A DNA stretch of 64,000 bases from Phoronis australis. Its lineage: Eukaryota; Animalia; Phoronida. The notes below the pieces were generated by a model. That model worked only from the letters and a program-made list of their open reading frames with translations. It searched no databases and had not been told where the DNA came from. Location of the stretch: NCBI GenBank assembly GCA_002633005.1, contig NMRA01000847.1, forward strand, positions 1-64,000. The letters are read 5' to 3'. Positions 38,001 through 51,100 of this stretch are shown in pieces (position 1 is the stretch's first letter; each line of letters begins with the position of its first letter). The translations under genes were made by a program, and so were the position numbers.

Positions 38001-41000
38001 TGTCTCACCCTCACCCTGATTAAAACATCAAAGCAACGTTGTTGCAAGAACCTGTTCCGGATAGAGGAATACAATAGGAAGCCGCCAATGTCTTATACAT
38101 GTACATGTACATGTACATGTATTCAGTCCAACTCGAACAAATACTCCCGTTATCAAAATGTTTCTTCGCACAGTCTTTCGTTCAGTTCCCGAAATCGGAA
38201 ACTGGCCATTTTTACACAGCGCACGCCGAGGGATATGACGTCATTACACCTGCCGCGTGCAGTGTTATTTTAATTTCTGTTGATATCAAAACATTTTCTT
38301 ATACTTTCAAATTTCAAAAAGCGACCTGTCAGCTGCAAACCTCTTCGTCAAATTTTCTCCCACAAGGCAAAGCACGTCTTCTTATTTGGAATAATGGCAA
38401 GACGTAGACATATCACGTTTCTCTTATATAGAAAATGTGACCTTTGACATCAAGCGACTTCAAGCAACTGACTGTGAGCGCATACGTGGATTTTTCATAA
38501 GTGGGAGCGTATTTTAAAAATCGTGAATTTTGTGATTATTTAAAAAAAATCTTCACAGGGAAAGTGGATTACACTGTACCAGACCTTGGGATATGGAATT
38601 TTTGTCAGAAATTGTTTAAAAGATATTTTTGCCTCTTTAACCAATTTACATGTGTCTTTAAGAAACAGAGGTAAAGTTCACCGTGCTTATGGTTTACGCA
38701 TGGCTTGACATTTCTCATGGACCTACGGAAAAATCACATCAACTTTAATTTCTCGCTGTCGTTCAAGGCGCTAAAATATCTTCATGAACCAAACGAAATA
38801 TTTGAAATATACACGCTGCAGCTACCTAAGTGGGTATTCATGCCTAAATAACAAGCTCAAATGACAAACAAGAAATGTGGTAAGTGACATGTGTGCAGTA
38901 ATTTTAGCATTTATCTTAAATTATCGCCTTCTTTACACGCAAATGTGTTGGAATGTCTGCAGCTGACTTTCAATTGACCTTTGTGTCACGTTGTAGGCGC
39001 ATGGACACTGTCAGGTGACAAGATTGAGGAGTCGTTCACAAGTGACCGACATTTTATCGACGCGAGCACGTGGTTTGAACTGCAAGAAAAGATAAGATAT
39101 ATGTCTTACTCAGGTACTAACTATACCATTTTACAGTTGCTAGGAGCGTACATGTAGCTTGGCTTGGCTTTTTCTGTTATATGCTCACCAACCCGTTGGC
39201 CCGACGACAGTTGTAGCTTTTCTTACGCCAACACATCGTGGTCGTAGTACCTAAACTGAATGCCAATCGTGACATTCCTTTTCGAAAAATATTGGACAAA
39301 AATCACAACAGATACCCTGAGAACCACTTATTTTGTTGAACAACACTGAAAGCGCAGGCGTATTTGCGAACAGGGAAGTTACGCTCCTTCTTCGATTCGT
39401 GCACTTTAAACTTTATAATCCTTTTGGTAACTTTGTAATAAACGATGCTCAAACGTGTTTTGCACACGCAAGAACTGAACTGACGTGCAAACATACTTCC
39501 AATTCATGCAACCTGGGTAGAAAATAATATGAAATTAAATTAGGTGATCCAGATATTCTGAAGGATACTAATGATGGACGAAAATAAAGGATCAACTGAA
39601 ATTTTCTCAACAAAAACAGAAGTAAATTTAAATTTTTATATATATTATAACTAATCTGGAAAAACGTAAAGATTTTTTTTCATGAATATGGTAATTCCAC
39701 TAAAATATTTATGGGTCTAATGAAAGTATTTCTCAGTAATATTAAATGCTCATCAGAAAATTGTTTTTCTGAAGGCAGTGTTTGATGGCGAGTCTCAGCC
39801 CAATCACACTTGCGCTCTTGACTCACGTTCATCTTCAAGGAGCTCGTCATCAAAAACGTTTAAGCCTGAGTAAATAATTTAGAAGACAATGCTGATAGTC
39901 GACTCTGACAAATGATATTATTTTTGCGTTCAAGGTCGCAAAAGTGGCAAAGAGAATCTTGCTTATCTGCCTACAACATTGTGGGACGTCAGCGATGAAG
40001 GTGTCCCATCTTACGCCCAGTGGAACTACCGCATTTTGTGCCAACCGCTTAAGGACGATATTCCTCTGAATAGATTCAGGGTTGTGAATGATCTCGGTGC
40101 CCGCATGGCGTACGGTAGCTCGATCGCCAAACATCGGAATTCACGTGCCGCGCGATTCCAGCTCAACCCGAACGACAAGCCGTGGACGGACTCGGAGGGT
40201 TCATCGCAGTGAGTTGAGAGTTCATTTCCAAATTAATTATTACAAGTTCATAGCCTGGAGTTTTATCAAACCTTCTCTGTACCTTTAGTAAATCAGCATT
40301 AAAGGCAAGTGATGCCACTGCAAGTGTTACCTGGAGAAAATACAACAAATTAGACTCAAAACGAGTCTTCATGGACGCCTTATTGATTGCAAAATATGTG
40401 ACATATTGGGTCTGTTTCCGTTGTCACCCCTTTGTTATCTTCATGGGTTTTAGTGTCATTGCTTTTTGTCGCAAGTGTCGAAATCGCGTAATGTTGCTGA
40501 AACAATTTGGATTCCTCCAAATATCTAATCGTGATTTTTGTTAGAGACTGTAGGGACATGGAATTTAGGATTTTTAGTGTTTATTACCCGGATCAAAGAT
40601 AATAATTAGTTTAGAAGTGTAACGTGCAAAAAAGTAGGTTCAGTTTGAAATTTAATATATATATTTGTCAAACTGACTCATGCCCAACAACTTTAAGAGA
40701 TGGCTGCCCAGTGGCGTGTCGCCGAATTCCTGCGTTGACTCACGACACTTGACTGCCGTGAATTACGGCCCAACATAGGGTACAGTTGTCAGCGCACAGA
40801 TCAGCCTTTTAATGGAATCCACAAAAATAAATCATATAGATGAGTCTTACATGTGCCACCGCGCCACCTATGTGGAAAAATGCAGTTTCATAACACTGGA
40901 TAAGTGGCTAAGGGACGACTCAGCACACTTGTACAGAACAGAGGATGAGCAGCCAGAGTCATGAACAGAGAGAGGGAAACTAGACAAAGCAGTTGAGGAA

Positions 41001-44000
41001 ACCTTGTGTTTCGCTTGGAGCTAAGTCACCAAAGGCAATTTCACCTATTTGCAATCTTGGCAAACCTTGCTGTGACTAATCATTGTTCTTTTTGCTGGTG
41101 CTGTTACGTAATTGCCTGACTTTTTTCAACAGATATGGATTCATGGACACCCTCATGGAACAGATACCAGGCAAAGACAACGCTGGTGCTAACTTGACTG
41201 ATAACGCCATGGGAGACCCCGCTTATCATCTGAAAACTGATCAGCCCGTGAACGCAGGTAAGCTGTCAATCATTTTATCACCGTTCCCATAGGCGCCGTC
41301 AATAGCCTCGTTGTCAGCGGCATTCATCACCACCACTCTCACTTAGCCAAAACGTCTAAGGTTTTCAGCGGTAAAAGTACTATGAATGCTTCCTTTTTTG
41401 TTCAAATACTTTCTTTGAGACAGTAAGGAATATTGTTTTCAATTAGCTGCTTTTCATTGTTGCAAAACTAGTAGCTGTTTGAAATGAAGAAGGTCTCTTA
41501 GAAGAGTCACTACGATTAATGAATTTTGATTCCATAGTGCCGATTTAACGTGCCACGTTTATGCTGATGCAACCTCCAGCGTGTTGCTACTTTAGTTAGA
41601 GGTGGATACAATATAAGTCTCGTGTTTCACTTGGTATTACCAGGGAACTAAGTAAAACGTATTTGATCCTTTCCAAGCTTACTACCATCGCTACTTTAAG
41701 TCGTACAAGAGAGGAGCTATGGGACTGAAGACGCGTTCACGAGGGTATGCCGACGTAAACATGTGGGCTGCAATGACGACTCAGCCGAAGGTAAGCCCAA
41801 GGGTTGTAACTATGGAGCGCCCTTACCTTCGGCGTGTGTGACGACTCCAGATGAACGCGTCTGAGAGTAGTTTTGCGACTACAGGCAACTAGCCATGCCC
41901 GCACTGAAAGCGTCAACTTCAAGCGCCGTTAACTTTTAACCAATTAGAACAAGTGTTTATGTGTTTTACCTCTAGGATATTATACACGAATGTCTAAAAT
42001 ACTGGGGGTTTGTTTGAACATCAGACACCAGTAAACAATGTCTCGAGGAGATGGACTATTCCATCTTAGTCGTCACAAGTTGACGTCAAAGACATTCCAT
42101 AGATAATCGGTACTCTTAAAGTGGGCGCATTTTAAAAGCTCTCAAAATCGGATCCATTTATTAATAAAACAATCCGTTAGTCCGAAAATACGCTATGCAC
42201 AGGCCCATTGATTCCTGGCCCGCCACCCGACAAATGGACCCTAATACTAAAGACCCTGGATTCTACATGTACAATTATTCAATTACATGTTTTGTTCTTA
42301 CGTTGATGTTCCACAAATGAATGCACACAGGTTAGAAGGCAGGCAGACAAAAAGACAGTCAGAAATAAGTGGCTTCCCAGAAAATACATATTGCGGCCTA
42401 CAGTGTACACAACTCTCGTAGGTATCAACCAACTAACCTCGAGTGCATGCCTCCACCCAACTGTTGGGTTTTTACGCCTCAGCTTGCTGATCTAGGTCAA
42501 ACCAACGTCTTTTCTCGCTTGCAACCAGTCACTAATTGGGCTAGCGCAAATATGCCATCATATAGAACAAATCACAACAGCGCGTTGTCATTCAATCCTA
42601 TAGTGGGCTTATATCACGAATATCCAATATGACAGCAAAGCAATTTTGACGATTTTTTTCCGCCAAGTAACAAGCCCACCCTTGTATGAATCCTCCCCTT
42701 TTGTAAAGCTCTCTAATCAGCCCATGGGGTTATATCAGAGCAAATGGTTGAAAAAATTGTGAATCATGTTTCTCCTGATAATGTTAGCTTTGTCTTGTAG
42801 GTGGCGCCAATGAAGTATAGAGATTGTCCCCGGCGAGGCAAGTGCACAGAGATCTCTCAACGTTGGACCTATGCCATACCGTTGGAAATCATATACTTGA
42901 CGCCTCTCTACAAGTGGAATCCATACGATATTGAATATAAGGTACATGTACACGTAGAAAACCAAATTCATACACAAAACGTACCGAGAGTGGCGTTCAT
43001 GAAGTAATATTTCGAGACATTATTCCGTCGGTCTTGGTCGATACGCGGAATAATGTCGAGTGGGATATCACTTCATATACATGTACGCCAGTGGAGGTAC
43101 GTTCCTCACACGCTTCGAAATTCCTAAATTTCTTTCATTTTTCGGCAGATTTTTTAAATACTGCACTCAGACTGTTCACGTGTCGGATCACATCCTATAT
43201 GTACATTTATGTACTTGTGCGGTAGGTTGCAAGCTTTCTGTGGTAAAAGAAACAGTTTTAATTGTAACGATTTATTACTTAAAAAGAGATTAAAGAGATG
43301 AAAACAATGGTAACTGTACATTGAACTTGTAATATCTCCTGAAAATTGTTAAATAACAATAATATTTGATATGCAGTTACCGAGGAATTGGCAACTGTGT
43401 TGCAGACGGTATAATATTTAGCAATTGAAAACAGAGGCAGAAGTCTCATAAAATTAACAGTTGTGTTCCAGATGTTACGTTTAGGGCCTGATTGCGTGTC
43501 TAGTGTTGTTTATAGTGCTGCAACTGCATTACTTTAAACTACATTCGGAAAGTTTGATGATCGAACCGGCCAAAGACCCCGAGTCGTCATTGACCGACCT
43601 TTTGAACATTCCAGGTCACAGGTCACTGTTGAAGTAGTGCTGGATGTGAATACGGGAATCATTAATACATGGCCGTATTGCACTCGACAGATTCAATGCG
43701 GATGGGATAAGATTTAATATTTAGCTACTCATAGTTATACTTCGGCCGGAAATTACTGCAATTATAGTAGGAATTTCCTTGATGACGACTCGTTACACAT
43801 AACTGCACTTTTTGAGAACTTACGTTGATCATACATGTACATGTATATTGCAAAGCAGTGGCAAGGGGGCCATGCCCCTCCACTTAAATTTCTCCCAGAT
43901 TCTATTTGGCAGTTCGGGGATGCGAATGTCCGACTACAAAAATCCTGGCTAATACTCTGCTTTGCCCCCCGCCCCTGTAATGATCTCAAACAAGAAAATG

Positions 44001-46803
44001 CTTCCGTTGATAATTCTAAGCTAACAGCAAATGAGCGGCGAACCCCNTGTTAACTCCGTGAGAGTGCATTTGGTCATGTGCACAACTTTATGCAATAGTT
44101 TGGGAAGAAGAGTTGGTTTGAATTCCATGAACATGTTTAAAATCGAGTTCTAGTTCGAGAGTCGTAGTACCAACTCAAACCTTTAGCCCTGCAGTCGACA
44201 TGTGTCGTTTGCAAACTTGGTTTATTCCGCTATCTTTGTGCATCGGTCATTAGGGTACAACTTGTGAACCAAATACTATTTTCTTGAGTTATTGCTAAAG
44301 TACATGAGGAACTGAAAATATCGAAACAAATCTGGATGTCAAGCTAGCAAATTGCCTTTTGTCACTCGCCTCTTTTCAGTAGTTCTCAAAGTCAACACCT
44401 TCCAAGCAGTTCTTATGTATCACTGTCGTTGGATTTGCATTTTGTACCATTAAAAAGACCGAACTTGCTTACTCAAAAAGTCTTCGCAAGTAGGTCCAAT
44501 CTCTTAAGAGATTTGTTCTATGCATGGAAGGCATTTGTGCTGGAGAATGACCATATGAAACGTCGTCTGTAGGCCTACCTCCAAACGGACAGGAATTTCA
44601 AACAGATTAAGCATAATCAATTACAGTAGTAGTCTATAGAACTTAGATTCAAGGAACGAGTTTCCTCCTAAGAAATACTAATATATTTGTTAAATTTGAG
44701 TATTGGCATACTACTTCAAGGGAGTCTTCAACAGACAATCTAAGACCATCCAGACTGTGTATGCCGGTGGACCGAAGAGCAACGGTGGTAAACGCAATGG
44801 GGGGTTGAAGCCCGAACTCGCCTACAACGGAACTAACAGTATACTGCACATCATCACCCCAGACGAGTTCTACAGCGGTAGAGAGGTAAGAGAGTGAAGG
44901 TAGTTATCAAACTGGAAAGGTCAGAAAACCGCCTCACCTACATGCAAAAACACGCGGTGATATTTGTGAGAGGCCTCCTTTTGGCTGCGAAGTCTATCAC
45001 TTCCTTTCAGTAATACGGGTGAAACGTTTGTTTTGCAATCAACACGTTTACAACATAAGTGGTAACTGGTGGAGGCTTGGCCAGTCAAGAAATAATATAG
45101 ATGGTGCCAACGTGCACTGCTGCCAGATGAAGGGCATTGCTGAATCTGGGGGCTCCGAGAGCATCTAAACTTATTATTACCCTCCAAATCTCACTCGCAG
45201 TCTACATGCGAGACGTAAATTCCTTCCTATCCTTTCTGTGTGTGCGATTCTTCCAGCTTCTGAAAGATCCTGCCGACACAACACGTGGTGGCGCATATGG
45301 CGTGCTGGATCGCAAAGGCAACTTGCGAGCTGTCAGAGCCGCCGGTACAAGAGCTATGTTACCCAACATTCCTGGCGTGGGTTCAATGAGGATAAGATAT
45401 CCCATCATGCCGGTGCACGCAGAAGGTAAGAAAGGTTCGAACTGTGTAGTTTGTTGATATGGTGCACACATAAAGTAAAGAGGTTTTTGGGCTCCAAATT
45501 TGTCAGACAACTGTTAAATTTGAAATCAACGTTGAGCTAGGATACGTGTACATCTTTGTAAGTGATAGAGACATTTTTGTTTTTGAACAATGTTTTACGG
45601 TGTATCATGGTTACAAACATGTCTTAAATAAAGTTAGGAACTATGTCTTAAATAAAGTTAGGAACTGATATGATGATTGTTGGTTAACATATCCCTTGAG
45701 AAATTTTGCTCACAAAGTTGAAATCGTTTGCCATTGATGTTTCTTTCAGGCAGTGCTATATGGAAGGAAATTGATGCTTTGAAGGACGTAGTCATGGATC
45801 TTTCTCGCTACGGCCATATGCTCTATAAAGCCCCTACTTTCACATCCGGGCAGAAGTTTAACGGGACTGACGTAAGAAAAAATGACAAAGAATATATATC
45901 GTAACTTGCGCAATACAGGTGACAAAACAACTAAAGCAGCTGTTTCTCTTGATCTCATTGTGGTCATGTGAAAAACACGGATGTCTTGTTGTGAAAGAAT
46001 CGACTTCTTTTAATTGAATTAAATCAAGACATACTGACACCTGGCGTGTGTTCAGTAGACGCTAGGACCTACGCTAGGACCTAGCTAAAACCTAGTCAAA
46101 GTCACGTGTTCTCATTTAAAATACACGTCAATTTCTCACGTAATCTCGCGAAGTCTTGCTTTTTAGCGAGGTCCTAGCGTTACTGAACGGGAGGCTGGTT
46201 GGGCTCTACTGGTGTTTATTTAGCTTATTTCAAGGGAAAGCACGTGTCCCACCTTTGGACTAGAGCCAGGATTTTCGACTGACGATGGGAAGTAGCCACT
46301 CAAAATGCCACATCATAACATGGTTTTCTAGACAGTATCCAGGGAATTTGTAAAACTCTGACCTTATCAGGGTAGTTAGGAAAAGTTACTAGGCTGTGTA
46401 TTTTGAAGGACTAATATGATTTTGTATGTTTTTGCTTTGAAAGGAAAAACAATTAGGTGTTTAAGACTCAGAAACCCCAATAAAGGCATTACACAATATG
46501 ACAGCAGGAATCACATTTCGGCACGTTTTTTCTTCCCTCTAGGATTCGCTAATGTATGAGCTTCCTGTGACTGTCAGAGATCCTCCTGGTGAGCATTCGC
46601 ATTTGTTGACTTTGTCACCTGACGACATCAAAGATTTAAAGGCGGGAAAGCGAGTAACTGTTACGACGACCATTGACAACGGGCATGCACACTCCCTAAC
46701 ACTTGCTTACTATAAAAAGAGTGGGTTCGTTGTTGTGATGTGCGATGGCTCGAAAAAATGCTGGGATGGACACGGAGCTGTACTAAAGAAGGCAGATCAG
46801 TAA
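32048..46803 (+). CDS. Gene B: uncharacterized secreted protein, 681 aa, paralog of gene A; exons 32048-32222, 34688-34941, 35907-36036, 38997-39113, 39935-40208, 41133-41257, 41678-41790, 42801-42941, 44721-44885, 45257-45425, 45750-45871, 46543-46803
   Basis: Same exon lengths and phases as A, GT-AG introns, no stops. About 44 aa differences from A by hand count (~93-94% identical). Confidence 0.9.
33960..34350 (+). pseudogene. IS3EU-like (N-terminal HTH/Clr5-like region of integrase-core transposase) remnant
   Basis: DKDEAVRDLFNLGLSQKETVDILRHRFVIIISVRHLLRLVSR...NYSD...YGYRFMYHKC...RKTVRIILSAVDPDG..RRAKRL, with frameshifts; no catalytic core seen. Family assignment is from motif memory. 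Confidence 0.55.
39517..39630 (-). mobile_element. Diverged 3'-end fragment of the Penelope family seen at 49635-50168
   Basis: GTAGAAAATAATATGAAATTAAATTAGGTGATCCAGAT...AGGATACT...GGATCAACTGAAAT is the reverse complement of the 50050-50168 terminus. Confidence 0.6.
42970..43710. mobile_element. Second copy of the ~730-bp hairpin-led element (gene B intron 8)
   Basis: Colinear with 10399-11127; absent from gene A intron 8. Confidence 0.7.
46043..46196. mobile_element. Small MITE, gene B intron 11 only
   Basis: Inverted ends GTTCAGTAGACGCTAGGACCT / AGGTCCTAGCGTTACTGAAC. Confidence 0.6.
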
Positions 46804-48137
46804 CTGAAATGTTTGACGTGGCTTAGTTAAGCTGTTCTTCAGCAGTTGTTTAATTTTGCCAAGTCAGTTTGAAAATGTTTGGGATGTATCGTAATATAAG
46901 AGACCGTTTCGAGAGTCACCACACTGTCAATGGAATACATGTTTATGTCTCCTAAACTCGGTCTTTTTGATGTTCATTTCACAGGTTTAAGCCAATTTGG
47001 CGGAGTACTGACTAAGGTACCAGAAACTCGTACATGTAACTGCTCTTTAATCGATTGATAAACCTGTACATTGTTTCACAGATGAGACAAACGAGAACTC
47101 ATAACGTTGCAGAGTTCAGTAGACCGTTAGACAACAGATTGCACACGCTCCAAAAATCAGCGCTTACGAAACGAAAACAGTGAATCCGACAACTCAACTC
47201 TTGTACCTCGCCAAATAAGTACTTCGATGGTTGCAATTTTGCTAAGCCAGCCAAGCCACTTCCACACATTTTCGCGCAAAATTTGCTTTACGCTCGCGTG
47301 ATTTTGCCAGGTGTTCAGTGCTTTTCTCAAAAAAGTAAGTACACAGAAAGCACCCCAGTTCTGGTAGATGTTAGCACGAAGATGTAGCGAAGTGACACAA
47401 AGTGGCTGAATGATACAAAAAATAACACGCGTGACAAAGTGATGTTTTACGTCATTATCTGACTGCAAATGAACCGACCACACGCATACCGCAGGTAATA
47501 ATTTATCAATTTAACAGCAGGGATACAGACAGCCGTATAAATTGCAAAACGTTACGCACTGAAAAGAAATGTTTATACAAGAGTATGTCTACGGATGTGG
47601 AACCGCACTATCGCCATGTTTTCGAAACAAACTGAGATCAATTTAGAAAAACGTGGGTACTGGGAAGTTGACATATACATGTACGTCTTCAAGCCGAAGA
47701 TGAGCCAATCTGGAAGACACATGGGCCATGTTAGAAACTGCACTGCGTCAAAATACTTTGGCGTAATTTATGCGAGACACATACATATTGATATGTACAG
47801 TATATAGCCTACTGTCAAATGACACAAACCTGCAATGAATTCTTACAAAGTGAACGTCGTCAGTGTCATGGATAGCAATCAAATCTATGTATGATTCGAA
47901 ACACTTCAGTCCACATTTCTTCGAAAATCATTGGCGAGCAAATGTCCCCAAGATTGTGAAGCACGCGAGAAAATGACTGACCGCTGACTGATTGAGTTTC
48001 TGCACTTTGAATTTCTTTGGCTACGGTGGGCATTTGAGTAAAACGCAGCGAGTTCAGGCAACTCGTACAAAAGGAAAAGAAACGTGACTGGTTTAATCAA
48101 AACCCCAAAACAATCTTCTCGTTGCTCTTTAATACAA

Positions 48138-51100
48138 TTATCTATCTTTCCACGACAAAAGCCTGATAGCATGAAGAGGTCTCATTCCTAAGTCTTCCAC
48201 CATGACTTCCTTATCCAAGTGCAGTAACATACTGCCATCTATTAGCTCTGAGCGGAACTTCTCAGTGTATTCTTGAAGACCGAGAGTATTCAAGAAGAGG
48301 CAAACTTGACCCACACTCATAGAGCGAATCTTCATCGTACTCGTGCCACTTTTGGGATCGCAACCCTCGAGATCCTCGTAGCTGGGAGGAGACATCTCCA
48401 AGTCGCAGGGCAGCTGCGAGTAATGGCCTTCTGGGTTGGCACACTCCTCCAACGAATTTTCAAGCTTAGTTATCGTCTTCATTAATTCAGAGTTGGTTTT
48501 TTCCAAGTCCTGTTGAAAAAAAATACGTTAAGAAGTTTCTTGCCTTGTGTCTTTGTATATAAATCGGTAAATAAAACAACAAGAATGGATCAACTGAAAT
48601 TTGAAATTTTCGGAGGTAACAACTTCCTTTATCAACAAAAACAGAAATAAAGTAAAATCAAACACGAAATGACAATTGACATATAAGATATGGTGTAATG
48701 AAAATGATACCTTTTTGCGTAAAAAATTCAATGACATATTTTAAGTTTTTATGTTCAATCCATGAGGTTCTATTGTATTCAGTTTGTCTATCCAATATTG
48801 TTCTCTTTTAAGTCTGTGAGGGGTACTGGGGTGTTGGAGTTTTTCTATTATTTGTACAGAAAGATCTTGAATATTATGGTTTTTGGAATTGAAATGATTA
48901 CCTACAGTATCAGAAATGTTTTTATGTATTATGTTAAATCTATGATTACGAAACCGAGTTTGTAGATTATGTTGAGTTTGTCCTACGTATTGGATAGAAC
49001 ATTTTTTACAAGTTATAAGGTAAATAATATTGTTGGTGGTGCAATCAGAATAATGTTTTATTTCAAAGTTTTCATTGGTTTGGGAANNNNNNNNNNNNNN
49101 NNNNNNNNNNNNNNNNNNNNNNNNNNNNNNNNNNNNNNNNNNNNNNNNNNNNNNNNNNNNNNNNNNNNNNNNNNNNNNNNNNNNNNNNNNNNNNNNNNNN
49201 NNNNNNNNNNNNNNNNNNNNNNNNNNNNNNNNNNNNNNNNNNNNNNNNNNNNNNNNNNNNNNNNNNNNNNNNNNNNNNNNNNNNNNNNNNNNNNNNNNNN
49301 NNNNNNNNNNNNNNNNNNNNNNNNNNNNNNNNNNNNNNNNNNNNNNNNNNNNNNNNNNNNNNNNNNNNNNNNNNNNNNNNNNNNNNNNNNNNNNNNNNNN
49401 NNNNNNNNNNNNNNNNNNNNNNNNNNNNNNNNNNNNNNNNNNNNNNNNNNNNNNNNNNNNNNNNNNNNNNNNNNNNNNNNNNNNNNNNNNNNNNNNNNNN
49501 NNNNNNNNNNNNNNNNNNNNNNNNNNNNNNNNNNNNNNNNNNNNNNNNNNNNNNNNNNNNNNNNNNNNNNNNNNNNNNNNNNNNNNNNNNNNNNNNNNNN
49601 NNNNNNNNNNNNNNNNNNNNNNNNNNNNNNNNNNATAACTTGTAAAAAATGTTCTATCCAATACGTAGGACAAACTCAACATAATCTACAAACTCGGTTT
49701 CGTAATCATAGATTTAACATAATACATAAAAACATTTCTGATACTGTAGGTAATCATTTCAATTCCAAAAACCATAATATTCAAGATCTTTCTGTACAAA
49801 TAATAGAAAAACTCCAACACCCCAGTACCCCTCACAGACTTAAAAGAGAACAATATTGGATAGACAAACTGAATACAATAGAACCTCATGGATTGAACAT
49901 AAAAACTTAAAATATGTCATTGAATTTTTTACGCAAAAATGTATCATTTTCATTACACCATATCTTATATGTCAATTGTCATTTCGTGTTTGATTTTACT
50001 TTATTTCTGTTTTTGTTGATAAAGGAAGTTGTTACCTCCGAAAATTTCAAATTTCAGTTGATCCATTCTTGTTGTTTTATTTACCGATTTATATTCTTCA
50101 TTTCACGAAACAATAGTATCCTTGGGAGGATCTGGATCGCCTTATTTAGTTTCAGATATATTTTCTACGTCTTTGTATACAAATGTTTATGTATGTTACA
50201 TGAGCCAATCTTAGTTTTTTGACCTTAAGTTGCGAGGGTCGGAAAATACATAGACAACTCGATTGTCGCTAGCTGATATGGGTGGTGTATTAGGCATCGC
50301 AAGGTTCAGAGAGAAACTGAAGTAAAATATTCATAGGATATCAGAATTTACACAGTGCTATGTCACACAGATTGATGTAAAAATCACAATGGTTTAAAGA
50401 TAACCTTTGGTCTAAATTGCAAACACTGGAAGAGTTTCGCCAGTAGAAATACAATGTATTTCACTTAAAAATATAGATATATTGAAACTTTCATCCCTGT
50501 TTGAGTTTGCGTTATTAAAATGTTAATATTTTTAAAGTTGGGGTGGGTTATACATGCATATAGCAGAAGTAAAATGAGCACCCGTAGTTAATGGGTCAGC
50601 TGTCACGCGCTTTACCCGCCATTTTAGTTGACAATACACTACCAAAACTGAATTTAAAATACAAATTCATGTTAAATCGTTATGTTTTTAAAGTATTTGG
50701 AGATGTACTGAATGACAATTTTTTGGCCTCTAGTCTCGACTGAACTCTCATGTGATAAAATTTGTTTAATGAAGTTTTTTAAAACTTAAAAGTAGCGTCT
50801 TCACTGCTGTGAAAATGTGCTTGTTCACGTATTGGTATGGTGTTTTTATGTATAAGCAATAATTTAGAAAATCATCCACACAACTGTCCTTACCTTGCAT
50901 TTCTTTTTATATTCAGCAAGCGATTCAACATCTTTTTTGAGAGCCTCGATCTTCTGAAATGGAAATTGGTCACAGATCAACCATGAACGCCACTCCCATA
51001 AACGCACGGAAAGCAAATACTCGTAATTACTAGCGCCACTTTGCTTTACTGATACTATGATCATTTATTGCTACTGCTGCGACTACCGGTAATTTCTACA

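Larger units (their letters stand above)
48560..50168. mobile_element. Penelope-like element: two inverted GIY-YIG endonuclease/3'-end copies around an N gap
   Basis: CTTNNIIYLITCKKCSIQYVGQT...RFRNHR...VGNHFN...REQYWIDKLNTIEPHGLN on minus (49086-48741) and plus (49635-49910). Flanked by GTCTTTGTATATAAAT (48549) / GTCTTTGTATACAAAT (50169); empty site at ~25193. Confidence 0.85.

Noticed and set aside
4478-48509. Units A and B as a false (haplotypic) duplication
   Set aside because: Introns are heavily diverged with many unit-specific TEs, a novel junction is shared by two units, and there are three SAM-exon versions. Not excluded without reads, but unlikely.
48741-49910. 313-aa and 187-aa ORFs in the track
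   Set aside because: Artefacts of translating through the N gap between inverted copies.
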